Shown piece by piece: positions 10,113-19,420 of a DNA stretch of 64,000 bases. The stretch lies in NCBI GenBank assembly GCA_023410445.1, contig JAEYPT010000006.1, positions 157,286 through 221,285 of the forward strand, written 5' to 3'. Positions within the stretch are counted from its first letter, which is position 1. The number at the start of each line of letters is the position of its first letter. The notes under the pieces are model-generated. The model was not told where the DNA came from. It did not search any database and saw nothing but the letters and a program-made list of their open reading frames with translations. The DNA is from Bacillota bacterium (GTDB taxonomy: Bacteria > Bacillota > Clostridia > Oscillospirales > Acutalibacteraceae). The translations under genes were made by a program, and so were the position numbers.

Positions 10113-10145
10113 TTTAAGATTTGTTTTAGAACCGTGTGCTAAAAT
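10113..10145 (+). promoter_or_regulatory. Candidate activator-dependent promoter of the Ig-repeat protein
   Basis: TTTAAGA / TTTTAGA repeat with 11-bp period over the -35 region, then extended -10 TGcTAAAAT (10137-10145). Confidence 0.4.
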
Positions 10146-10209
10146 ACCTTTTGCAACAACCAATCCGGCAAATTATCTGCCATAAAATTGCAAAAGAGGT
10201 AAATAAAAA

Positions 10210-13200
10210 GTGAACATTGCGGCAAAAAAAGCAGTTTCCCTGATCTTGTCCGCTGCTGTTCTGCTGAGTCCCACGATATACAGCGGAGCTTTTGCGGCGA
10301 GTGAGACCACCTCCCTCCAGACCGGCACGGCTGGCAATTACAGCGGGCAATACTCGATGGATATTGCCAGATCTCTGGCGGGGGCCACGGGGCCCACGAT
10401 CACCCAGGATCTACAAGATCAGACGGTCAATATCGGTGATAAAGTAGTGCTCAGTATTTCGGTAAGCGGCAGCGGAAATTTTTTGTACAGTTGGTATAAA
10501 AACAACCAGCCGATTGAAGTTGACAGCATCCATCCCACCCATACCATAGCTTCCGCCTCCACGTCGGATGAAGGAAATTATTTTGCTTTCGTGAGGAACT
10601 TAGATAATGGAGATACCGCGACTTCCTCTACGATGAAACTCACAGTAAATTCTATTGCGGCTCCCAAGGTCAATCCGGTGGAATGTACGGATACGGCGGT
10701 AACCGGCACAGCACAGCCAGACTCAACCGTCACGGTAGAATATCTGGATGGGTCGCCGGCAGGAACCGCTACAGCCGATTCAACCGGGGCATTCACTGTG
10801 CCGATCAGAGCAATGCCGGTGGGAGCAACCCTGATCGTTATCGCCAGTGCAAATGGAATCAAAAGCCCTACGACCAGTTTTACGGTCGGGATTCCCGCTC
10901 CTAAGGTCAACCCGGTAAAATACTCGGATACGAAAGTAACTGGAACAACGCAGCCGGGTGCAAGCATTAACGTAAAATGGTTGAACGACCTGCCATTAGG
11001 TAGCACAACTGCTGATTCAACCGGAGCGTTCTCGATGCCGATCAGTGCGATGTCAGCCGGAACAATGCTGGACATAACTGCCTCTTTGGACGGAAATACA
11101 AGCCCAACTACCAGCGTTGTGGTCAGCGGAGTTTCCGCACCCACGGTCAATCCGGTGAAATACACGGATACGAAAGTCACTGGAACAACCGATCCGGGGG
11201 CGCAAATCTCAGTCGAATTCGAAGATCGCAGTTCGGTTCTCGGGAATGGGAAGGCCGATGCAAACGGAGCGTTCTCGGTGCCGATTTGCAATCAATCGGC
11301 CGGAACGATCATTCTCGTGTTTGCTACCGCAGGCGGGAAGGAAAGTCCGGCAACATCTGTTAAAGTTGGAATGGGTACCGTCGTCACCGGCTTCGCCGCT
11401 TTGGGCGACACGGTGAAAAACCAGTCCGTTTCCGCGGGCGCGATTGTTTCCCACCTGAACTTTCCAGAGAATTTGACAGTAACCGGCGAAGGAATTACCG
11501 GAAAGTTGATTCACGTTACCGCGTGGACCTGCAGCAATTACAATTCTTCCGTAGCTGGAATCTATACGTTCCACCCGACAATTGACAACCATTACACCGG
11601 GGAGGGCTATGTAGACAGCGGCTTCTCCGTCACGGGAGATCTGCCTACGATCACCGTTACGGTAAAATCTGCTTCCTCTCCCACAGTCACGGTCAACCCG
11701 GTAAAAAGCAGCGACGCGGCAGTAACCGGAACAACACAGCCGGGTGCGACCGTCACGGTAAAATGGGCGAGCAGCGGTCTGCCGGTTGGAAACGCGACAG
11801 CCAATTCAACCGGAGCATTCTCGGTACCGATGAGTGCACAGCCGGCCGGAACCGTTCTTCTTGTAACTTCCTTCTTAAACGGAGATACCAGCCCCGCGGC
11901 CCGCATTGTAGTTGGCGACTCTTCCTCCGAGAAACCCGTCATCAGCGGATTTTCCGATTTGGGGAACACAGTGAAAAACCAGACTTTTTCCATCAGTGAC
12001 GTACTTACTTCGCTGAAGCTTCCGGAAAAGCTGGCGGTAATCGGCAGCGGAATTACCGGCATGTGGGTCAGAGTTTCCGCATGGGTTTGCAGCACGTTCA
12101 CTTCTCCCGTCGCCGGAACATATACGTTCCATGCGGTGCTGGACAGCGGCTATACCGGAGAAGGCTATGTAGACAGCGGCTATACCTTAGCAAGCCTTGT
12201 GAATCCGCCGACCATCACCGTTACGGTAAAGGATAACAATTCCAACAATCCCTCCAACGGCGGTTCCAGTGATCACTCCACCCATACGTCTTCACAGCCA
12301 GTCGCACCTCATACAGAAACTCAGGTCAACCCCACAGGCAATACCGCTACGGTAACAACCGTTGCGGACAGCGTCACCCAGTCCGGCGACACGGCACAGA
12401 TTGCCGTTACCATTCCGTCCGTCACGGTTGATACGACCGGCACGAATGCATCGCTGAATGCAAGCCAAAAGGCAAGCGTATCCATTGATCTTCCAAAGGA
12501 CGCCATTCTGCAGCAGTTTGCCGCCAAGAAGGACGTTGACCTGACGCTGACCGTTCCTCACGCGGTCGCACAGGATACCACCCCGAATCTGGCCGTAACC
12601 ATCAAGGCATCGGCGGATATTATCGCGGCCGCAAAGGCCGACGCAACCGACGTCACCATTCATATCAAGGATGCCGATACGCAGCAGCTTACCTACAGCT
12701 GGACCTTCAAAGGCGCGGACCTTGCAAAATCCACAACTCCGGTCACGGATGTGAATATTTCCATGTCCATCCGGCTGACAACGGAGGTTGCTCAGGTAAA
12801 TAAAGTCACTCCAACCAATAAGGGTCTTGTTCTGATGTTCGACCACAGCGGTGTTCTGCCGTCGGTGGCAAGCGTTACCTTCTCCGCAAAGGAAAAGGGC
12901 TTCCAGCCGGGTCAGAAGCTGTTCTTCTACTACTACAATCCAAAGACCGGGCAGATTGATGCTCAGAATCAGGAATATACGGTAGGCCCCGACGGCATGG
13001 TAACGGTGCAGATTTTCCACTGCTCCAATTATGTGCTGCTCCCCAACAAAGCACGCACCATTGCGCTGGATACCCGTGCTTACACGCTGGCCCCGGGAAA
13101 CAGCTATGTCACCGGCGTTAAGCTGACCGGCGTTTCCGGCACAACCATCAAAGCGTATTCCTCCACGCAGGGCGTCGCGGACGTCACCGTCCTGAAGAAC

Positions 13201-13362
13201 GGCAATGTGAAAGCAGTCGGCCTGAAAGCAGGAATGACCTACATTATGATTGATGTTTACGACAGCAAGAAAAAAGTTCTCACCCACGCTTCCGTTCGCC
13301 TGACGGTGAAAAACAGCGTAAAACCGAACGGGAATTCCGCAAGACAGTACGGACTGTTCTAA
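10210..13362 (+). CDS. Secreted multi-Ig-domain surface protein with a conserved C-terminal module
   Basis: GTG start after GAGGT, signal peptide, I-set-like Ig (YSWYKN), four ~80-aa PxVNPVxxxDxxVTGT repeats, two GFxxLGxTVKNQ repeats, tail homologous to 2298..5663. Confidence 0.88.
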   Translation: MNIAAKKAVSLILSAAVLLSPTIYSGAFAASETTSLQTGTAGNYSGQYSMDIARSLAGATGPTITQDLQDQTVNIGDKVVLSISVSGSGNFLYSWYKNNQPIEVDSIHPTHTIASASTSDEGNYFAFVRNLDNGDTATSSTMKLTVNSIAAPKVNPVECTDTAVTGTAQPDSTVTVEYLDGSPAGTATADSTGAFTVPIRAMPVGATLIVIASANGIKSPTTSFTVGIPAPKVNPVKYSDTKVTGTTQPGASINVKWLNDLPLGSTTADSTGAFSMPISAMSAGTMLDITASLDGNTSPTTSVVVSGVSAPTVNPVKYTDTKVTGTTDPGAQISVEFEDRSSVLGNGKADANGAFSVPICNQSAGTIILVFATAGGKESPATSVKVGMGTVVTGFAALGDTVKNQSVSAGAIVSHLNFPENLTVTGEGITGKLIHVTAWTCSNYNSSVAGIYTFHPTIDNHYTGEGYVDSGFSVTGDLPTITVTVKSASSPTVTVNPVKSSDAAVTGTTQPGATVTVKWASSGLPVGNATANSTGAFSVPMSAQPAGTVLLVTSFLNGDTSPAARIVVGDSSSEKPVISGFSDLGNTVKNQTFSISDVLTSLKLPEKLAVIGSGITGMWVRVSAWVCSTFTSPVAGTYTFHAVLDSGYTGEGYVDSGYTLASLVNPPTITVTVKDNNSNNPSNGGSSDHSTHTSSQPVAPHTETQVNPTGNTATVTTVADSVTQSGDTAQIAVTIPSVTVDTTGTNASLNASQKASVSIDLPKDAILQQFAAKKDVDLTLTVPHAVAQDTTPNLAVTIKASADIIAAAKADATDVTIHIKDADTQQLTYSWTFKGADLAKSTTPVTDVNISMSIRLTTEVAQVNKVTPTNKGLVLMFDHSGVLPSVASVTFSAKEKGFQPGQKLFFYYYNPKTGQIDAQNQEYTVGPDGMVTVQIFHCSNYVLLPNKARTIALDTRAYTLAPGNSYVTGVKLTGVSGTTIKAYSSTQGVADVTVLKNGNVKAVGLKAGMTYIMIDVYDSKKKVLTHASVRLTVKNSVKPNGNSARQYGLF

Positions 13363-13388
13363 GCGGAACCAGTCACAGAATTAAAGTC

Positions 13389-13439
13389 CGAAAACCTCTG
13401 GGGCAGGAAAACTCATCCTGCCCCAGAGGTTTTCGTTTT
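13389..13439 (+). terminator. Intrinsic terminator
   Basis: 20-bp perfect stem CGAAAACCTCTGGGGCAGGA / TCCTGCCCCAGAGGTTTTCG followed by TTTT. Confidence 0.85.
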
Positions 13440-13585
13440 ATGTCCGGATTCACGCGGAGCTGTTTTTCGTTTTCAGAACAAGCTTCACAAAAATCGAAAC
13501 AAGCATAATATAGCTTAAATAGAATAACCGGCCGAAGAACGGAACGGAACGACTTCCGGAATTAACGGATAAGGAGAACCCTCTC

Positions 13586-14455
13586 ATGCTGAACGATCAA
13601 GATTTTATACGGCTGTCTATCGAAAACAATTTGTTCTGGGCCCGTATCATGAAGGAACACGCGATTTTTATTGAAAGCAGCATGCCTGCGTCACAAACAC
13701 AGCTGGCCGCGCAGGCCGACCAGTTCAAGCAGCAGTTCGAGCGCATTCTGGCGGAATCCATCCGGCTGGCAAACAGCGTCGTATCGGTCAGGGCGCTTCA
13801 GTCCGGGCAGTATTTCACCCGATTTACGGAAGCGGCGGAGCAGGCGACGCAGCAGCTGACGGGCATTGAAATCAACTCCAGCCTGACCAAGGCCGAGTAC
13901 AACATTCAGCCCTCCGGCTCCTATGCTCCCGCACAGCCAACCGCGCAGAATGTCTTTAGCCTTAATCAGTTCATACTGGAGCAGATCAACGCCTTCGCAA
14001 AGTTTAAATCCGATCTGTATAATGCACAGGCCTCCTGCCGGATTTTCACCTTCCTTTATACTTCCGTCTACGAACATGTCTTCCACGAAGCGCGCAAGTA
14101 TATGGAGATTCTCTCCGGGCTGCAAAAACGGGACGAAAACTATAACAAGGACTTTGAATCGTTCTGGAACCAGCACATGTCGGATCACGCCAAAGTAATG
14201 CGCGGGCTGTTCGACCCCACCGAGGCGGAGCACTTCAATACAGCGGACGGCTTTGCCAAAACCTTCGATGCGATCATCAAAAAACGGAACGCGGACCGTT
14301 CGGAAGAGCTCACGGCAACCCGGGCATTAAGTGAGTTCAAGGCAGCCACAACGCAGGAGATTTTGGAGTGCAAAGTAAAATCGCTGATGTCGCCGCTGTT
14401 CACCGACCATATCCTGCGGGAAGCCTTGTACTACATTTTCCTGCTGCAATCGTAG
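13586..14455 (+). CDS. DUF2935-like tandem helical-bundle protein
   Basis: Duplicated FWxxxMxEHA ... HxxxEAxxY pattern; RBS AAGGAG. Confidence 0.75.
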   Translation: MLNDQDFIRLSIENNLFWARIMKEHAIFIESSMPASQTQLAAQADQFKQQFERILAESIRLANSVVSVRALQSGQYFTRFTEAAEQATQQLTGIEINSSLTKAEYNIQPSGSYAPAQPTAQNVFSLNQFILEQINAFAKFKSDLYNAQASCRIFTFLYTSVYEHVFHEARKYMEILSGLQKRDENYNKDFESFWNQHMSDHAKVMRGLFDPTEAEHFNTADGFAKTFDAIIKKRNADRSEELTATRALSEFKAATTQEILECKVKSLMSPLFTDHILREALYYIFLLQS

Positions 14456-14461
14456 TTTTCT

Positions 14462-14490
14462 TCAGCCGCCGATTTTCGGCGGCTGATTTT
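14462..14490. terminator. Terminator between convergent genes
   Basis: TCAGCCGCCGA-TTT-TCGGCGGCTGA followed by TTTT. Confidence 0.7.
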
Positions 14491-14515
14491 ATACGCAAAG
14501 TATTTTATTTTAAAC

Positions 14516-16951
14516 TCACTTCAGCCGCTGTTGAATTCCAAAAAAGCCCTTCCAGGGGTCTTCCGCCTCAATCCGTTTCAGCGCGTCCGCCATACCGACA
14601 CCGTCCGGAGCCACGGTGTCAAGCTCCTCCCAGAGAATGGGCATGGACACCTTTGCCCCTTTCCTTGCCCGCAGGGAATAGGGAGCTATGCTGGTGGCGC
14701 CGCGGGCGTTTCGAATCCAGTCGATAAAAATCCGGTTCTTCCGCTTCTCCTTCCGGATATTGCTGGTGTAGCGGTCCGGCCATTTTTGCTCCATCACCTC
14801 GGCGATGTGTTTGGCAAAATCGTGAAACGCGTCCCAGTCCGCCGAAGGCTGAAACGGAACCACCACATGGTAGCCCTTTCCTCCGCTGGTTTTCAGGAAG
14901 GAGGTAAGCGAAAGCTGGTCGAGGATACTTCTGACGTCCTTCACGCCCTGTCGAACCTGCCCGAGCTCCATGCCTACATCCGGGTCAAGGTCGAACACCA
15001 TCATGTCCGGTTTTTCCGGAGCATCCGACCTGCTCCCCCACACGTGAAACTCCAACGTGCCCATCTGCGCTTCGGAAATCAGGCCGGAGACATTCTCGAT
15101 ATAAAAATACTCCTCCTGTTCCCCGTCTCCTCCGGGAACCGTGATGGGCACGATCCCTTTGCTGTCCGGGCCGGGATGTTTTTTAAAAAAGCAGGTCTGA
15201 CCGATCCCCTTCGGGCAGCGCACAATGCTTAACAGCCGATGGGCCACATAAGGCAGCATACGGGATGCCGCCTGCTCGTAATAGCGAATTACCTCCTCCT
15301 TGGTGATTTTGGGGTCTTCGAACAGGATTTTATCCGGATGGGTAATCTTGACCCCTTCGATTAGGATGGTACCTGCTGTCTCCATTGCTGTTTTCCTTTC
15401 CGCTGCGGGCGAAGAAAGTTCCTCCTCATCCACCGCTTCTTTCCGGACCGATTTCGGGTCCTTATCCGTGCGCAGGCCCTGAAAGCTCGCCTGCCGAAGT
15501 AAATTCTCGCCGGTCCACTGTGCGAACCGGATTTCCGCCACAAGCCGAGGTTCCAGCCAGAAAATCCGCTCGTTCGCCCTCTTTTTCGGTTCCTGTCGGA
15601 ACGGGCTGGTGCTTCTCATTACGTCTGCCAATGTTTTTTCGAGGTCCTCTTTACCGTGCTCACTCAGGCCCGTTCCCGCCCGACCGGCGTAAACCAGTTC
15701 TTCTCCTGCATAAACGCCAAGCAGGAGGGAACTCACCCCGCTTGTACGCTTTTCGGTCCGAACATAGCCCCCGATGACGAATTCCTGCCGCTTTCCGCAT
15801 TTCAGCTTGACCCAGTCGCCGTTTCTGGTGCCGCTGTACACGGAATCGGCTTTTTTACCTACAATGCCTTCCAGTTTTTCCCGACAGGCCGCTTCGAAAC
15901 TCTCTTTGCCCATTCCTCGGACATGCGGGCTGTAGTGCAGGTTTTTCGGCGTGTTTTTGAAAAGAGCTTCCAACATTTCCTTCCGCTCAAGAAGCGGACG
16001 TGCCCGCAGATCCGCTCCATCCAACGCAAGAAGATCAAACACAATGTAGGCGAGGTTTTTGCCCTGCGGATGCCGAAGATAGCTTTGCAGGGCCTGAAAA
16101 TCCGTTCGGCCACGTTCGTCCGTGACCGCCATTTCGCCATCCAGGACCATCGCCCTCCCGGCGGCCCAATCGGCCAGGGATTGGGCAACTGGTGCAAACC
16201 GCTCCGTATAATCGTTCCCGTTCCGGCTGACAAGCCGCACGCCACCGCTTTCCACAAACGCCAGAATCCGGTAGCCATCGTATTTTACTTCAAAGAGCCA
16301 TTCCTCGCCTTCGGGGGCCTGACTGACCAGCTTTGCAAGCTGAACCTCGGCTTTATCAAAAGGGTTGTGCGGGAATTTTTCATCCTCGCCTTTCTCAATT
16401 TCCTCCACGGTGCGTCCGGTGCGGATGCTCACGGTAAAGCTGGAAATTCCCGCCTCGGGCTGGGCGTAATCATCCTTTTCCTTGAGCAGAAGCCAGTTGT
16501 TGTCATCTTCCCCCTCTTTCGCTTTCATGCGAACCAGAGCCCATTTTCCTTTCAGCCTTCGGCCGTTCAGGGAAAATTTCAGCGAGCCGCTGTGAAGCCC
16601 TTCCTCCGTATTCGTCTGCGGCTCCCAAGTTCCCTCATCCCAGAGCATCACGACCCCGCCACCATACTCGCCCTTCGGAATGACGCCCTCGAAGTTCCGG
16701 TATTCCAGCGGATGGTCTTCCACCCGCACGGCAAGCCGTTTGTCACGGATGCAGAAGGACGGGCCCTTGGGAACCGCCCAGCTTAACAGCGCACCGTCCC
16801 ATTCCAGCCGGAAGTCGTAATGGTCGCGGCGGGCAAGGTGGCGCTGAACGACAAATTTCAGCAAGCCTTCGGTCTTTGCCGTGGAGGCCTCCGGCTCGTT
16901 CGTATTTTCAAAATTTCGTTTTCGACTGTAAGCCTCCAACTTCGCGTCCAT
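14516..16951 (-). CDS. ligD: Multifunctional NHEJ DNA ligase D (phosphoesterase-ligase-polymerase)
   Basis: PE domain (HYDFRLE, SWAVPKGPS, VEDHP), ligase motif I EVKYDGYR, polymerase FDLDP and KTSGGKGYH; ATG 16951 follows AGGAGG. Confidence 0.95.
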   Translation of the reverse strand: MDAKLEAYSRKRNFENTNEPEASTAKTEGLLKFVVQRHLARRDHYDFRLEWDGALLSWAVPKGPSFCIRDKRLAVRVEDHPLEYRNFEGVIPKGEYGGGVVMLWDEGTWEPQTNTEEGLHSGSLKFSLNGRRLKGKWALVRMKAKEGEDDNNWLLLKEKDDYAQPEAGISSFTVSIRTGRTVEEIEKGEDEKFPHNPFDKAEVQLAKLVSQAPEGEEWLFEVKYDGYRILAFVESGGVRLVSRNGNDYTERFAPVAQSLADWAAGRAMVLDGEMAVTDERGRTDFQALQSYLRHPQGKNLAYIVFDLLALDGADLRARPLLERKEMLEALFKNTPKNLHYSPHVRGMGKESFEAACREKLEGIVGKKADSVYSGTRNGDWVKLKCGKRQEFVIGGYVRTEKRTSGVSSLLLGVYAGEELVYAGRAGTGLSEHGKEDLEKTLADVMRSTSPFRQEPKKRANERIFWLEPRLVAEIRFAQWTGENLLRQASFQGLRTDKDPKSVRKEAVDEEELSSPAAERKTAMETAGTILIEGVKITHPDKILFEDPKITKEEVIRYYEQAASRMLPYVAHRLLSIVRCPKGIGQTCFFKKHPGPDSKGIVPITVPGGDGEQEEYFYIENVSGLISEAQMGTLEFHVWGSRSDAPEKPDMMVFDLDPDVGMELGQVRQGVKDVRSILDQLSLTSFLKTSGGKGYHVVVPFQPSADWDAFHDFAKHIAEVMEQKWPDRYTSNIRKEKRKNRIFIDWIRNARGATSIAPYSLRARKGAKVSMPILWEELDTVAPDGVGMADALKRIEAEDPWKGFFGIQQRLK

Positions 16952-17100
16952 TGCCACTCCTCCTTACCGACCGAAATCTTTCGAACGTACTCTCCGTATT
17001 ATCCGCTTTCCAGGCAGATTTAATCCGTTCTTCTGAACGCGTCGGTCGCTCCGATTTAATTTTGGACGCTTTGGTTACACTAATCGCGGAGGTGGATTTC

Positions 17101-17922
17101 ATGCCGGCAGCACATCATTCCGTAATTTCCTTCGGGCTTGTGGCGATTCCCGTGTCGATGTACACGGCCACGCAGGACAGCGACATTCATTTTAATCAGC
17201 TGCACAAGGAGGACCAAAGCCGTGTGCGGTATAAAAAGACCTGCGCCCACTGCGGTAAGGAATTAAAAACCGAAGATATCATCAAGGGTTATGAGTATGA
17301 TAAGGACCACTACGTCGTGGTGACGGACGAAGAAATCGACAAGATCAAAACCGAAAAGGAGAAATCCATTCAGATTCTGCACTTCGCGCAGCTGAATCAG
17401 ATTTCTCCCGTTTATTACGATAAGACCTATCAGGCCGTGCCGGATAAGGGCGGAGAAAAAGCCTTTGAGCTTCTGCGGAGCGCGCTGATGCAGGAGCAGA
17501 AGGTTGCGATCGGCAAGACGGTTCTGGGCACGAAGGACACGCTGATGGCGATTATCCCGCGAGAAAACGGGGTTCTGATCTCCACCATGTTCTATCAGGA
17601 CGACATTAAGGAGCTGCAAAAGTCCTACGAGATTCCCCAGCCGACCGAGCAGGAGTTTAAAATGGCTCAGGTGCTCATCAACTCGATGGACACGCCCTTC
17701 GACCCGTCTCAGTACAAGGACGAGTATCAGGGCAGGCTCAAAGAACTGATCGAAAACAAAATTGCGGGCAAGGAAGTCGTTGCGGCAAATCCGGAGGAAT
17801 CGGCCGGCAAGGTAATCAACCTGATGGACGCGCTGAAAGCGAGCATTGAAAAACAGCAGGAAGAAAAAGCGGACAAAGGAAACGGTACCGCGAAGAAAAC
17901 CGGCAAAAAGAAAGGCGCATAA
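17101..17922 (+). CDS. ku: NHEJ Ku protein
   Basis: ISFGLVAIPV, FNQLH, KGYEY, YKDEY, VINLMDALKASI and a basic tail; ATG 17101 follows GGAGGT; divergent from ligD. Confidence 0.95.
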   Translation: MPAAHHSVISFGLVAIPVSMYTATQDSDIHFNQLHKEDQSRVRYKKTCAHCGKELKTEDIIKGYEYDKDHYVVVTDEEIDKIKTEKEKSIQILHFAQLNQISPVYYDKTYQAVPDKGGEKAFELLRSALMQEQKVAIGKTVLGTKDTLMAIIPRENGVLISTMFYQDDIKELQKSYEIPQPTEQEFKMAQVLINSMDTPFDPSQYKDEYQGRLKELIENKIAGKEVVAANPEESAGKVINLMDALKASIEKQQEEKADKGNGTAKKTGKKKGA

Positions 17923-17950
17923 CCGACTCCTCCGCTGATCGACGTTTCAC

Positions 17951-17983
17951 GCCGGCGTTTCGATAAACGCCGGCCTTTTCTTT
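17951..17983 (+). terminator. Intrinsic terminator after ku
   Basis: GCCGGCGTTT-CGAT-AAACGCCGGC followed by CTTTTCTTT. Confidence 0.8.
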
Positions 17984-18086
17984 CCGACTGCAGCATGGTA
18001 CAATATTCCATAAGAAAACGCCGTCCCCGCCCGGCAAAAAGCGCCGGGCGGGGACGGAAATTCAGGATGGAAAGCGTGGTCAATGT

Positions 18087-18530
18087 ATGACGATTCTGGT
18101 TGTGGACGGACAGGGCGGCGGAATGGGGAGCCGAATCATTCTGGAGCTTCGGGCGGTTCTCGGTGAAACCGTGAAAATTACCGCGGTCGGTACGAACTCC
18201 CTCGCTACCAGCTCCATGCTGAAAGCGGGAGCAAACATGGGTGCAACGGGAGAAAACCCGGTGCTTTGCCATGCGCCCCGAACCGACGTGATTCTGGGCC
18301 CCATCGGAATCATTTCGGCCCACTCCATGCACGGTGAGATTACTCCGGCCATGGCCTCCGCCATTGCGGCTTCCGATGCCCGGAAAATTCTCGTTCCGGT
18401 TTCCAAATGCTCGATTTCCGTCGCCGGAGTGGCAAACGCCCCTCTGGAAACCTATGTAAAACAAGCCGCCGAACTGGCGGTTCGCATGATTCACGAGGAT
18501 ACGGAAGAAGAAACCGGCTTTTGCCGCTAA
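18087..18530 (+). CDS. DUF3842-family protein
   Basis: ILVVDGQGGGMG, AVGTNSLATSSMLKAGA, ATGENP, GEITPAMA. Confidence 0.8.
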   Translation: MTILVVDGQGGGMGSRIILELRAVLGETVKITAVGTNSLATSSMLKAGANMGATGENPVLCHAPRTDVILGPIGIISAHSMHGEITPAMASAIAASDARKILVPVSKCSISVAGVANAPLETYVKQAAELAVRMIHEDTEEETGFCR

Positions 18531-18548
18531 GCAGACTGATCGGCCGGG

Positions 18549-19187
18549 TTACGGCAGAATCTCCCGGACCTTTTGTGCCATAATCTCCGCAAGGAGCGCG
18601 TGGCCATCCTCATTCAAATGGCAGCCATCCGGCTGAAGGGCCAATTCGTAGGCTCCCGCATCGAGAAAAGGAAGGGAAAGCTTTTGGGCCAGCGCCCGGT
18701 ACGCTCCGCCGAGCTGCCTTGACTTTTCCACCGATTCCAGGTCCATCTCCGGATCCTGCAAAGCCGCCTCCGTCATGGGGGGCGGAGCGACCAGAAGAAT
18801 GGTCGCTTTACTGCCATTCCCGTACAAGCAATCCCGTGTTTCGCGAAGCAGATGTTTCATGGAATCCGCGATTTCCCACACCGACGCATGGAACATGCGC
18901 TTGGTGTCGTTCGTACCGAGCATCAGAATGATCAGGTCCAGCGGGCTTTGGGAAATCAGGCACGGCACCAGATAGCGCTCCGCGTTCCGCCACAGGCAAG
19001 CACCCTCGTCGAACCCGGTTGTTCGCCCGTTCAGTCCCTCCTCAAGGATTCGGTAGTCTTCCCCGAGCAGAATGGAAAGCCGCCCGGTCCAACGGATATT
19101 CTCCGGGTACCGTTCCCCACTTTCCGAAATATAACCCCACGTGTTGGAATCTCCAAAACAAAGAATTCGATGCAAATTTCTCATCAC
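18549..19187 (-). CDS. SGNH/GDSL-family hydrolase (arylesterase-like)
   Basis: FGDSNTWG, EGLNGRT, MLGTND, DGCH blocks. Confidence 0.9.
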   Translation of the reverse strand: MMRNLHRILCFGDSNTWGYISESGERYPENIRWTGRLSILLGEDYRILEEGLNGRTTGFDEGACLWRNAERYLVPCLISQSPLDLIILMLGTNDTKRMFHASVWEIADSMKHLLRETRDCLYGNGSKATILLVAPPPMTEAALQDPEMDLESVEKSRQLGGAYRALAQKLSLPFLDAGAYELALQPDGCHLNEDGHALLAEIMAQKVREILP

Positions 19188-19420
19188 CTATTTTTTAAAT
19201 CGTCTCCCGCTGAAAACGCGGTATTCCACAGCAGCTTAAATAGCAATTTCAGTTTACCACACGCGGCCCGGAGCGGCAAATAGAATCTGCGGACAAGCGT
19301 GGCTCAGTTGATTGACCGGGCATCGGCAAGAGAATAAAATCTCTGTTTTGACCGGATTAATCTTGACATCTTTTATCCAATATGGTAAAAATAGATAGAG
19401 AGTTAAAAAGGAGGGCGTCC

